Assembly: GCA_031367345.1 (NCBI GenBank)
Contig: JANLPR010000201.1
Coordinates: 618-64,617, forward strand
Direction: 5' to 3'
Length of the DNA stretch: 64,000 nucleotides
Source of the DNA: Bacteroidota bacterium
GTDB taxonomy: Bacteria > Bacteroidota > Bacteroidia > AKYH767-A > 2013-40CM-41-45
Shown: one piece after another, positions 12,046-21,020 of the stretch
Numbering within the stretch: position 1 is the first letter of the stretch
Layout: every line of letters starts with the position of its first letter
Notes under the pieces: generated by a model
The model's database searches: none
Seen by the model: the letters and a program-made list of their open reading frames with translations, nothing else
What the model was told of the DNA's origin: nothing
Made by a program: the position numbers and the translations under genes

Positions 12046-12735
12046 ATGAATTGCTTAATTGTTGACGATAATAAAATGGCACGTACTGTACTCTCTCATC
12101 AGATTGAAGACATCAACTTCTTGAAGCTTGTTGGAGAATGTGAAGACGTAATGCAAGCAACTAGTATTTTGAATGCAGAAAAAATTGACTTGTTATTTTT
12201 GGATATTCAAATGCCAAAAATGTCCGGAATGGATTTTCTTAGAAACGTTCCCAATCTCCCAATGGTAATCTTAATTTCATCGCGCCCTGAATACGCTCTT
12301 GAAGCATTTGAATTTAATGTGATTGATTATATCATTAAGCCATTAAAGGCCGATCGGTTTCTTAAGGCTATCATGAAGGCTAAAGATGTATATGATAATA
12401 ACACCAATCAACTTCCATTAGAAAAAGAATATTTCTTTTTTCGAGAGAAAGGTGTAGCTTCCAAATTAAAATTTGAAGACATTCAGTATATTCAAGCTAA
12501 TGGTGATTACATTACTATTTACTCCGAAAGCCAAAATTACACCATTCATTCTACGATGAATGCAATTGAGAAAGAGCTTCCCTCCTCAAAATTTTTACGT
12601 GTGCATCGTTCATATATCATTGCGCTCGACAAAATTGAAACAGTTGAAGATAATTCAGCATATATAAATAAGAAAAATATCCCTATTGGCGATAAACAAA
12701 AATCGTCGTTGATGGAACGTATAAACCTTTTGTAA
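12046..12735 (+). CDS. LytTR-family response regulator (REC + LytTR DNA-binding domain).
   Basis: Receiver domain MNCLIVDDNK...LLFLDIQMPKMSGMDF. C-terminal LytTR (KFLRVHRSYIIALDKIETVED). It starts 29 bp after the kinase stop. Confidence 0.85.
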   Translation: MNCLIVDDNKMARTVLSHQIEDINFLKLVGECEDVMQATSILNAEKIDLLFLDIQMPKMSGMDFLRNVPNLPMVILISSRPEYALEAFEFNVIDYIIKPLKADRFLKAIMKAKDVYDNNTNQLPLEKEYFFFREKGVASKLKFEDIQYIQANGDYITIYSESQNYTIHSTMNAIEKELPSSKFLRVHRSYIIALDKIETVEDNSAYINKKNIPIGDKQKSSLMERINLL

Positions 12736-12821
12736 AACTCAACGAAGAGTATTTGATTTTCGTCGAAACATTTTGCCCGTTCAACGAATAACCACCAATT
12801 TAGCTCTGTTTACCCTTATTA

Positions 12822-14036
12822 TTGTACTCTCAATCAGAGATTATTATAATGGTGTCAACAAATTTTATAAACAACAATCAAATAAAACTGCAGCTTGGTA
12901 TTCCAAGTGCATTTTGTTTGATCTTGTTTTTTTTATTGTTTTCCGATCTCGCGTTTGGTCTAAGTTCTCAAACAAAAACAGGTGTAACTTATGCTGCTGC
13001 TTCAATCGCAGGTTCAGTTGGCGGTTGGTCAGGATCAGCAAATGCCATCTCTTCAAATGATGTTTATGCTATTCCTACTGCCAACATGCCAAATAATGGC
13101 GACTATACAGACTACTTAAAAATTACCAATTTCCAGTTTACAATTCCTACCGGAAGTGTTATCACAGGAATTGTTGTTAATGTAGAAAGGTCGGATGCAA
13201 ATGGTAAATCGAAAGATTCTGAAGTAAAGGTTATTAAGGCCGGTAGTATCGGCACAACCAATAAAGCACTTTCTCCTGCTTGGGGAAGTAGTGATGCTGT
13301 ACAAACATATGGAGCAAACAGCGATATCTGGGGAAACACTTGGACCGTTGCTGACATAAACGCTACTAATTTTGGATTTGCTTTTTCTGCAAAACGAGTT
13401 GGCGGTGGTGGGCAAGCAACACTTGCGAAAATTGATGAAGTTATTATTACTGTTTATTATACAACGCCATTACCTATTGACTTGATTTATTTTCGTGCCC
13501 AAAACGAAGATAAATCAGTCGATTTGTTTTGGGAAACGGCTACTGAAACAAACAACGATTTCTTCACTATTGAAAGATCGTTAGATGGAATCAATTTTGA
13601 ATCAATAGCAAATATTAAAGGTGCCGAAAATAGTTCTATTGCTCTTACTTATCAATTCACAGATACAAATCCTTTATCAGGAACATCCTATTACAGATTA
13701 AAACAAACAGATTATGATGGCCAATCAGAATTGTTCAACTCCGTTGCTGTAAACCATGAAGAAGTTGGAGTCGATCTTGTAAATCTTCAAATAACATCAT
13801 CCATTTTCAGTGAGTCTTTTACTATTACCTTTAATCAAATTACAAACGAACTAATCACAATTTCACTCTTTGACTTGTCTGGGCATAGCGTGTATAGTAG
13901 CACAAATCAAACAACCAAAGGTTATAATGCTTTCACTTTCTCCTCTATCGAACTATTGAAATCGGGTACTTATATACTTATTCTCAGAAATGAAAATAAA
14001 ATATTGGCAGCTACTAAGGTGATTTATTCGAATTAA
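12822..14036 (+). CDS. Secreted protein with an Ig/FN3-like domain and a probable T9SS C-terminal sorting domain.
   Basis: Hydrophobic signal region (AFCLILFFLLFSDLAFG). Central PIDLIYFRAQNEDKSVDLFWETATE...YYRLKQTDYDGQSELFNSVAV module. Terminal beta-rich ~80 aa ending GTYILILRNENKILAATKVIYSN. The true start may be the internal Met at 12849. Confidence 0.5.
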   Translation: MYSQSEIIIMVSTNFINNNQIKLQLGIPSAFCLILFFLLFSDLAFGLSSQTKTGVTYAAASIAGSVGGWSGSANAISSNDVYAIPTANMPNNGDYTDYLKITNFQFTIPTGSVITGIVVNVERSDANGKSKDSEVKVIKAGSIGTTNKALSPAWGSSDAVQTYGANSDIWGNTWTVADINATNFGFAFSAKRVGGGGQATLAKIDEVIITVYYTTPLPIDLIYFRAQNEDKSVDLFWETATETNNDFFTIERSLDGINFESIANIKGAENSSIALTYQFTDTNPLSGTSYYRLKQTDYDGQSELFNSVAVNHEEVGVDLVNLQITSSIFSESFTITFNQITNELITISLFDLSGHSVYSSTNQTTKGYNAFTFSSIELLKSGTYILILRNENKILAATKVIYSN

Positions 14037-14080
14037 TAAAAAATGGCCCACCATATATTTCTGCGATATTAGCATGAAAT

Positions 14081-14123
14081 AAAAATCCCATAGTTGACAT
14101 CTTATTGTTGCTATGGGATTTTA
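14081..14123. terminator. Bidirectional hairpin terminator between convergent genes.
   Basis: aaaaATCCCATAG-(17 nt)-CTATGGGATtttac: a 9-bp stem flanked by an A-run and T-run. It lies between the stop at 14036 (+) and the stop at 14142 (-). Confidence 0.4.
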
Positions 14124-14141
14124 CATTTCCATTCAACTCTC

Positions 14142-14558
14142 TTACAATGCATAAAAATGCTTCACTTTCGCTACTGCTTGATTCAGTGTCATCTTATCGG
14201 CTGTTTCAACTGCAATTATTTTATTTTCCGGAATTGAACTATGATCTACAATTCTTTGCTTGAATTTTGTTTTTGCCTCCGCTGGTCCAAAAACAAACAA
14301 CTCATCCGAATCTTTAATATGCGATATCACATCGTCGAAATAATGATCCATAAAATGTTTTTTTCGTTCTTCTAAGGTTGATTCATGATTAATGCGCTGA
14401 GAACCAATAAAACTTCCCTTGTCACCTTCGCCTTCATGATGAATACGATTCTCAACATTCGATTCAATTTCTTGTACATGCTCTTGGCCATCATTGAAAG
14501 TTATAATAATTGCTTTCGATGTGTCCATCCAAATTCCTGTTTGCTTTTTCATAATCAA
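14142..14558 (-). CDS. Conserved hypothetical protein (138 aa), first gene of a three-gene stress operon.
   Basis: Soluble protein with no signal peptide (ITFNDGQEHVQEIES...LFVFGPAEAKTKF). I could not assign a family. Any resemblance to eRF1-domain-like 'host attachment'/baeRF families is a guess. Confidence 0.5.
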   Translation of the reverse strand: MIMKKQTGIWMDTSKAIIITFNDGQEHVQEIESNVENRIHHEGEGDKGSFIGSQRINHESTLEERKKHFMDHYFDDVISHIKDSDELFVFGPAEAKTKFKQRIVDHSSIPENKIIAVETADKMTLNQAVAKVKHFYAL

Positions 14559-14564
14559 TAAATT

Positions 14565-15398
14565 TTAAGTTTTAGTAAAAACGAGTAATGGTACTCTTGA
14601 ATTAAATGAATATTCCGCAGAATTACTTGCGAAAAAGATTTTCTGAAAGAACCCTCTATTCTGTTGCGTAAACATCACCATCATTGATGGTTTTGTGTTT
14701 TTAACCACCTCTTCAATATTTTGCAATAAACTCTTAGCCAAATTAATATTTTCTAAATGTATTTTTATTTTCTGCTCTGGATGTCTGTTAATTGACTTGT
14801 CAAGTAAAGAACTAGTAATCTTTGTCTCCGCAGGATAATTAAAATGTACAATCTCAATTTTAGCTCCTAATGGTTTTGCAAAACTCACCACCTTTGTTAA
14901 TTCCTTGTCTATATTACTTAAATCGGAGGCGTAAAGAATACGGTCAACTTTCTTTGAATGGTAAGTACTCGGAACAACAATAACAGAAACTAATGACGTA
15001 TTAATAAGTGTCGACGAATTTGTACCCAATACTTTTTTTAATTTGCCGGCTCCTCTCGTACTTATACAAATAAAATCATATCCGTTTTCTTTAGCGTAGC
15101 TTCTGATATTTTTGCCTGGGCTAATTGCTTTTTTTATTGCATAATGAATTACCTCACTTCGAATTCCCATGCTTTTATAAACAGATTCAACAAATTTGTG
15201 AAACTTCGCTTCGATTTTAGCAACTTCTCTCTTTTCATATTCTCCAAAAGATTTAGCGCTCCACGTTGTCGGCTTCATGATGTAATAGCTATGAAAAAAA
15301 GTTAGTTCATAGCTATTTTGAAGCGCAAGCTGAATAGCGAACATAAGTCCGGACTTTGAATTAGATGATAAATCGGTCGTGACGAGGATTTTGTTCAT
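14565..15398 (-). CDS. Universal stress protein, tandem UspA domains.
   Basis: Two Usp-like halves (MNKILVTTDLS...ICISTRGAG...VIVVP and RILYASDLS...MMVMFTQQNRGF...VPLLVF). 277 aa. Confidence 0.75.
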   Translation of the reverse strand: MNKILVTTDLSSNSKSGLMFAIQLALQNSYELTFFHSYYIMKPTTWSAKSFGEYEKREVAKIEAKFHKFVESVYKSMGIRSEVIHYAIKKAISPGKNIRSYAKENGYDFICISTRGAGKLKKVLGTNSSTLINTSLVSVIVVPSTYHSKKVDRILYASDLSNIDKELTKVVSFAKPLGAKIEIVHFNYPAETKITSSLLDKSINRHPEQKIKIHLENINLAKSLLQNIEEVVKNTKPSMMVMFTQQNRGFFQKIFFASNSAEYSFNSRVPLLVFTKT

Positions 15399-15823
15399 AT
15401 AACTGTATTAGCTATTTCCTTTTGTGTTAAAATTATTTTCAATTCTGTTAAAAACACCAATTCAGCTTTGTTCATTCCTGAAAAAGACGATCCAATTGCG
15501 TTCGCTGTTTTGAGAATAAGTTGTTTTACGGCATCTGTAAACAATCTAGAATGTTCTTGTTTAAAACTCTTAAGTTCATCAATTGCCAACTTTGGATCCC
15601 AATTATTTTCCAGCAGCCAATCAAAAACCATTTCAATTTGGAATGCCGAATCGGTTCCAAATTCATCTACTGAATTTTCTAATGGAACCCATTCTTTTCT
15701 GAGTATTTCTTTCAGCTTTGTAATTTCCTCACCTCTTACTTTTTTATCGATAGCCGCCATGGAATAAAATATTTTCCCTAGCTGCTGATAAAAACTAATC
15801 ATGGTGTTGTTTGACGGTTTCAT
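15395..15823 (-). CDS. TerB-like (tellurite-resistance TerB / DjlA-N fold) family protein.
   Basis: LGKIFYSMAAIDKKVRGEEITKLKEIL ... ELVFLTELKIILTQ is the helical-repeat pattern of TerB-like domains. Its stop overlaps the usp start by 4 bp (ATGA). Confidence 0.5.
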   Translation of the reverse strand: MKPSNNTMISFYQQLGKIFYSMAAIDKKVRGEEITKLKEILRKEWVPLENSVDEFGTDSAFQIEMVFDWLLENNWDPKLAIDELKSFKQEHSRLFTDAVKQLILKTANAIGSSFSGMNKAELVFLTELKIILTQKEIANTVI

Positions 15824-16239
15824 AGTGAACTATTTAAAAAAAAATCTACACTCTGTAAGGTACAAAATATTACCCAAAAAAACATGACAAAAGTTATGTT
15901 TTTCTATGAAAACCTATTTTGAATTTAGGAAAAAATACATTCAATGGATTCCAGTTACGATAAACGCTTCACGACTAGCATCCTTTCTTTTCTCGATAAC
16001 ATTTCGGCATTTTTCGCTCATTTCATTTCAGAACTTTCATGAGGAATAGATATGAGTAGGGGAAATTAAAATAATGGAGAGATGAATTAGAGTTCATCAC
16101 AAATTCAATTCTGAAAAATTATTATAGGAAATAGGTTATAAACCCATAACTAACTTTTTAAGTTTACCTTATTGAAAATATATGGTGACTGAAATTTGTT
16201 TAATGCAAGCTAAGTTAGATGATATTAAAAAGAATATTT

Positions 16240-16848
16240 TTATTTAACAGGTTGCGATTTTGCAAAATTAATTAATGGATGTATGTTGCCTTTATCTGCT
16301 TCCCGCAGTGCTTTTAAGTAGCAATCTCTCGCTTCGTTTTTATCTCCTAAATTCGATCGGCCCCAATCAAAAACTCTCTCCAAATAAATCTTGTTCATTA
16401 TTAAATCGGCCATCAATCGAGAATGCCGACCATTTCCATTTGCAAAACAATGTATTTTAACAAGTGAGTGCTTGTAGCGAATAGCAATTTCTTCATTGGA
16501 ATAAATATTATTTTCAACCCAGTACAAACAGTCATCATTAAGCTGCTTCAATGAAACACTTATTTTTATTGGATCAATGCCAATACTTTTTTCGGTTTTC
16601 CTAAACTGACCGGCCCACTTCCAAACATTGCCAAACATTCTATTATGAAGTCCGCAAACAAATTCTTCTGAAAAAATTATTTCCTTTTTAAACTTTCGAG
16701 TCATTGTCCATTCAATGGCCTGCTCTATGTTTTGTTGTTCAAACTCATCCAAGTCACTCCTTGTTGTAATGGTCTTCATAATTATCCCTTCCTTTTCTTC
16801 TTCGTCAATAGGCGTCTGACCATCTATGTATTCTATATCTATTCCCAT
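16240..16848 (-). CDS. Fic/Doc family protein, 'mobile mystery protein B' type (AMPylase/toxin-like).
   Basis: Fic core motif HCFANGNGRHSRLMADL (HxFx[D/N]GNGRxxR). ~200 aa. It overlaps the upstream HTH gene by 10 bp. Confidence 0.8.
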   Translation of the reverse strand: MGIDIEYIDGQTPIDEEEKEGIIMKTITTRSDLDEFEQQNIEQAIEWTMTRKFKKEIIFSEEFVCGLHNRMFGNVWKWAGQFRKTEKSIGIDPIKISVSLKQLNDDCLYWVENNIYSNEEIAIRYKHSLVKIHCFANGNGRHSRLMADLIMNKIYLERVFDWGRSNLGDKNEARDCYLKALREADKGNIHPLINFAKSQPVK

Positions 16849-17303
16849 AAGTATTTAGGCATAGTGTCTATTATTATTTTCGCTTTTTCTTGAATTGCTC
16901 TTTCAATTCTTTCTTTAGAATTCTCTTGATCTTCAAGCAACATTGTATTTGAAGTTCTCAAAACTATTTCCCGCGCAATTTCCAACGCTTTTTTCTCTAT
17001 CATCTTTTCGAGACTTTCATTTTTAGGAACAACGGCATACACTACCTTCATCTCAAGCGCATTTGCAACCTCATTGAGCGATTTTAATGTGATTCTACCA
17101 TCCATCTCTCTTTGCTCCATTTCCTTTACACTTTGTGCAGAGATCTCTAACCGTTGCCCAAGCTGGCGTAGCGACATTTTTAGCGCCTTTCTTATTGTGT
17201 GAATCCAACCACTTGATGGAGGACTCAATTCACTCAATAATTTCATTTCTCCGATTCGGCGATCAATCTGCTCGATTAATAATTTTTGTTGTTGGATATT
17301 CAT
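16839..17303 (-). CDS. HTH (XRE-like) protein, 'mobile mystery protein A' type, partner/antitoxin of the Fic protein.
   Basis: IRKALKMSLRQLGQRLEISAQSVKEMEQRE is an HTH. 154 aa. It has the conserved A-then-B gene order with overlap. Confidence 0.7.
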   Translation of the reverse strand: MNIQQQKLLIEQIDRRIGEMKLLSELSPPSSGWIHTIRKALKMSLRQLGQRLEISAQSVKEMEQREMDGRITLKSLNEVANALEMKVVYAVVPKNESLEKMIEKKALEIAREIVLRTSNTMLLEDQENSKERIERAIQEKAKIIIDTMPKYLWE

Positions 17304-17308
17304 CAGGG

Positions 17309-17377
17309 TATAACCTTAAACTTATTAGCTAAAATAAGGCATTACCCTTAAACGTGCAATATTATTATAAGGTTATA
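17309..17377. promoter_or_regulatory. Inverted repeat (candidate operator) immediately upstream of the mobile-mystery A/B operon.
   Basis: TATAACCTTA (17309-17318) and its exact reverse complement TAAGGTTATA (17368-17377). A direct repeat CCTTAAAC occurs at 17314 and 17346. The start codon is at 17303. Confidence 0.3.
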
Positions 17378-17710
17378 GTCTTATAATAAACATATTAAAT
17401 TGCAAGTTGTTGATATTTAAGCTAGTATAAGACTGAAAAGATGGCCGGACTTAAAGTCCTGAAACCGTATAAGCCAAACAGGACGATTTTTACAGTAGAG
17501 TTCGGTCAAATAAATTTTCTCTACTATTTCTAATTAACTATTTCTACGAATTGTATCATAAACATTTAACAGAAAATTTCTTTCAGAATCTTTTTTATCG
17601 ACTATACAACGGCTGTCAAAAAAATATCGCAAAATAATTTACCGTGACCAAAAATGAAATTGGAATTGAAATTAATTATTCTCGCCACTATTTTTCATGG
17701 AAAAAATCTT

Positions 17711-18787
17711 TCAAAAATATCTTGCCCCTAACCCGGGTTCTTCACCGATGGTAATCTTGCCCGAATCTCCATAAACCATTCCTCCTAGTACCGGATCTTC
17801 TTCAAACATTAACGGCGTATCAAAATCAAAATATTTTATTTGATTGCTGCAATACGACAAATGTACAGCTGCCGTAAATCCTAAACGCGATTCTAAAAAA
17901 CCTCCCAACTGTACTTCAACAGTATTAGCCTCCGCTAATTTTAAAATTTTTAATGCTTTAAAAATTCCTCCCGATTTTCCCAACTTCACATTAAAAAGAT
18001 TACATGCATCGAGTTTTATTAATCGCGCTGCATCTAAATCGTCACAACAACTTTCATCGGCCATCAACGGAATTTTACTCGCTCTTTTTATTTCTCCTAA
18101 TTCCAAAAAAGCATGTCGATTGATCGGCTCTTCGCAATGCTGAATATTAAATTGGACTAACTCATTCAACACATGTATCGCATCTTCTTTACTCCATCCT
18201 TGATTCGCATCAATCCTTATCGGTATTTCCATTCCTACCTTTTCTCTAATCCTGCGAATTCGATTTATGTCTTCCTCCGCTTTTCCTCCCAGCTTTACTT
18301 TAATTATCGTAAAACCTCGCTGAACTATTTTCAGTGCATCATCCGCCATTTTCTCGGCATCCGATAAACTCACGGTATAGTCTGTTACGATCTCTTTGTT
18401 TTTTTCTCCACCTAAAAATTTATACAACGGTAGCCCTACTTTCTTTGATGCAAGATCGTACAACGCCATATCGAATGCACTCTTGATTGATGTGTTGCCA
18501 AAAATAACTTTGTCCATCAGCAAAACATTTGCCTCAATGTCCAACGCATTCTTCCCAATCAAGTTCTCTGCAATTATTTTTCCTATAACTTCACATGTGC
18601 CCGACGTCTCTCCATGTATGCTTCTAAAGGGACTGCACTCTCCCACTCCTTCAATCCCACTCTCACATCGAATTGTCACTGAAACGTTATCGGCATAGTC
18701 CAAACGACCTAGCGAAATAATAAATGGCTCGCGCAATTTTACCTTCAACGGTTTTATTACTATCTCCTTTATTATTTCGTTTCCCAT
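17711..18787 (-). CDS. Dipeptide epimerase (L-Ala-D/L-Glu epimerase), enolase superfamily.
   Basis: N-terminal capping domain and barrel with IIKVKLG (KxK), metal-ligand D/E/D positions (IRIDANQGW, ...CEEP..., LMADESC). Start moved to MGNEI at 18787 to avoid overlap. Confidence 0.75.
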   Translation of the reverse strand: MGNEIIKEIVIKPLKVKLREPFIISLGRLDYADNVSVTIRCESGIEGVGECSPFRSIHGETSGTCEVIGKIIAENLIGKNALDIEANVLLMDKVIFGNTSIKSAFDMALYDLASKKVGLPLYKFLGGEKNKEIVTDYTVSLSDAEKMADDALKIVQRGFTIIKVKLGGKAEEDINRIRRIREKVGMEIPIRIDANQGWSKEDAIHVLNELVQFNIQHCEEPINRHAFLELGEIKRASKIPLMADESCCDDLDAARLIKLDACNLFNVKLGKSGGIFKALKILKLAEANTVEVQLGGFLESRLGFTAAVHLSYCSNQIKYFDFDTPLMFEEDPVLGGMVYGDSGKITIGEEPGLGARYF

Positions 18788-18791
18788 AAAA

Positions 18792-20456
18792 TTAATACAC
18801 AATCAATTTACTATAATACACTTTCATACTTGTGCTTTGCTTTAAAATATACGTTCCAGGCGACAAACTCTCTGTACTTATTAAAACCCTCTCGCCTTTC
18901 GAAACTGTCGCTGTTTTTACTACTCTTCCTTCTACGTCCATCAACAGTACATCGAACGATTGATTTTTGCTTTCAATAACTAATTGATCATGCACTGGAT
19001 TCGGATAAACAAGTGAAGATAATTCATCAATGTCGTTCACACTATTAAAGAAATTATCATTTACAAAAATCGGAATCGATGCTGCGTAACTTCCTACTCC
19101 ATTCGTTTCATTCAATTGAAAACTTAAAAATGCTCTCACCGAATCTGTTGTTATAGAATTGTATCGAATAACTATGTTCGATGCATCTCCCGACTGAAGT
19201 GTACTATTTCCTCCACCAGAAATGATTGTCATCTCCGCCGGATGCGTAACTTGAATCGATGAAATATCTATTTGTGTATTGCCTTTATTCACTAACACAT
19301 AATTAAAATCTGTTGGTGTACTAATTGGAATGTACCCGTAAATAATTGTGTCTTGCGTGAGATCAAAAGAAAAATTAGCAGGATCAACGGAAGTACTGAT
19401 GAACGAATGAATACGCTCTATGAATTGCGGATAATCTACAAATGGATTTCTATTTCTTTGTACTAGTTGAATATCATCAAGTCTTCTTTTATCCACATCT
19501 GTCACCGGAAAATTCATCGACCATGTACGTAAAACATTTTCCTGAGCCTGAGTAATAAAATTTGCATAATTCTGATACCTTAAAACAAAATAAAACAAGG
19601 CTCGCGCTACTCGTCCTTTTTGCTGATCGCGTGGCTCGAAAGTACTGCCGTTCGATTTAGATCCGCCAACTGTCCACGTAGGATTTGTAACCACCGCAAA
19701 TGGATTATCTGCTCTTACATTATTTGCCGTATTATCTGTCGGAAATAAATGATGTAAGTCCGATTTCATTGGTTCTGCACTCAAGAAAAAAGATTGAGGA
19801 AAAGTATGCTCTGTATTGAATGCATAATTATTCTGACAGTCTGTTCTGTCGACATACCCTACTGCTGTTCTCCCTGTATAAACACATTCCAATGTATTCT
19901 GAACAGCACCTTGTCCATTCGTTCGTTGGTTATCGATGTTCATAAACATATTATCACGTGCAACATTATATCCCAATGAAAGATATCCGGCTCCTGTAAT
20001 AGTATTGATCGTTGTCTTTAACGCTTCCTCTGAAGTGTTTTCGGTTAAGTCATAATACGAATTTGAAAATCGTCCTTGTCCAATAAGATCTACATTTACA
20101 TAACCCCGTAGTCCATCATTCACTATTACCATTTCTGAATTGTGAAAAATATTGTGCCGCGGCGAAAATTTCACCCACACATTTTGCGAAGCAGAAGCCG
20201 GAATTAAAAAGGCAGATGCATCAACCGAAAATGCCGGTTGTCCATAAGTGGTGTAAAATTTAATAGCGTTTACAAAAATATTTTTTGTGGTCGGATTGCT
20301 AATTGTCAATTGCAAACTATCGGGAGCATTTTCGAAAGCTACTCCAAAATTAAGTTGGCTATTATTTACTGTTAAACCTTGTGCATTTACAAAGGCCGGA
20401 AAACAAAATAAGGTTGCTAAGAGCAACCCTATTTGAATACTTTTAATTTTATTCAT
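18792..20456 (-). CDS. Extracellular endonuclease I (EndA/Dns/Vvn family) with an N-terminal extra domain and a T9SS C-terminal sorting domain.
   Basis: Signal peptide. Endonuclease I motifs NTEHTFPQS ... RNRNPFVDYPQFIE. C-terminal VYPNPVHDQLVIES...GTYILK...KLIVY. Confidence 0.75.
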   Translation of the reverse strand: MNKIKSIQIGLLLATLFCFPAFVNAQGLTVNNSQLNFGVAFENAPDSLQLTISNPTTKNIFVNAIKFYTTYGQPAFSVDASAFLIPASASQNVWVKFSPRHNIFHNSEMVIVNDGLRGYVNVDLIGQGRFSNSYYDLTENTSEEALKTTINTITGAGYLSLGYNVARDNMFMNIDNQRTNGQGAVQNTLECVYTGRTAVGYVDRTDCQNNYAFNTEHTFPQSFFLSAEPMKSDLHHLFPTDNTANNVRADNPFAVVTNPTWTVGGSKSNGSTFEPRDQQKGRVARALFYFVLRYQNYANFITQAQENVLRTWSMNFPVTDVDKRRLDDIQLVQRNRNPFVDYPQFIERIHSFISTSVDPANFSFDLTQDTIIYGYIPISTPTDFNYVLVNKGNTQIDISSIQVTHPAEMTIISGGGNSTLQSGDASNIVIRYNSITTDSVRAFLSFQLNETNGVGSYAASIPIFVNDNFFNSVNDIDELSSLVYPNPVHDQLVIESKNQSFDVLLMDVEGRVVKTATVSKGERVLISTESLSPGTYILKQSTSMKVYYSKLIVY

Positions 20457-20475
20457 TTATTTTATTTAAACAATA

Positions 20476-20913
20476 TTATTCCTCTGTCACTTCAATTTTT
20501 ATGATTTCATCGCCTTCACGAATTGCATCAATCACCTCTAAACCATCAACAACTTTTCCGAAGCATGTATGATTTTTATCCAAGTGAGCTGTGTTTGCAC
20601 GACTATGGCAAACGAAAAATTGTGATCCACCTGTATCGCGACCGGCATGTGCCATACTTAATACACCACGATCATGATACTGATTTCCTCCTGTTAATTC
20701 ACATTTGATTTTGTAACCCGGACCACCACTACCTGTTCCTTCAGGACATCCACCTTGAATTACAAAATTTGGGATAACACGATGGAAACTCAATCCATTG
20801 TAAAATCCTTTCTCTGCTAAATCGCAAAAATTCTTTACTGTATTCGGAGCGTCTTTGTCGTAAAACTCAACACTCATATTTCCTTTCTCTGTGTAAATTG
20901 TAGCTTTTTTCAT
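20476..20913 (-). CDS. ppiB: Cyclophilin-type peptidyl-prolyl cis-trans isomerase.
   Basis: [13 protein letters not shown] ... [16 protein letters not shown]. 145 aa. Confidence 0.9.
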   Translation of the reverse strand: MKKATIYTEKGNMSVEFYDKDAPNTVKNFCDLAEKGFYNGLSFHRVIPNFVIQGGCPEGTGSGGPGYKIKCELTGGNQYHDRGVLSMAHAGRDTGGSQFFVCHSRANTAHLDKNHTCFGKVVDGLEVIDAIREGDEIIKIEVTEE

Positions 20914-21020
20914 AGTTATTTATTGGAATGCAAAGTTAAGATAAATGAACTTATTTCTAACGCGAATTGAACATTTAACTGATTTGAAAAATCGTGTTCT
21001 TGTATTAGTTCAATGCAAGC

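Noticed and set aside
12773-13060. 95-aa ORF overlapping the 5' end of the T9SS gene at 12822.
   Set aside because: It is in a different frame from the 404-aa ORF, which has a signal region and a C-terminal domain. Its product is Cys/Phe-rich nonsense. I treat it as spurious.
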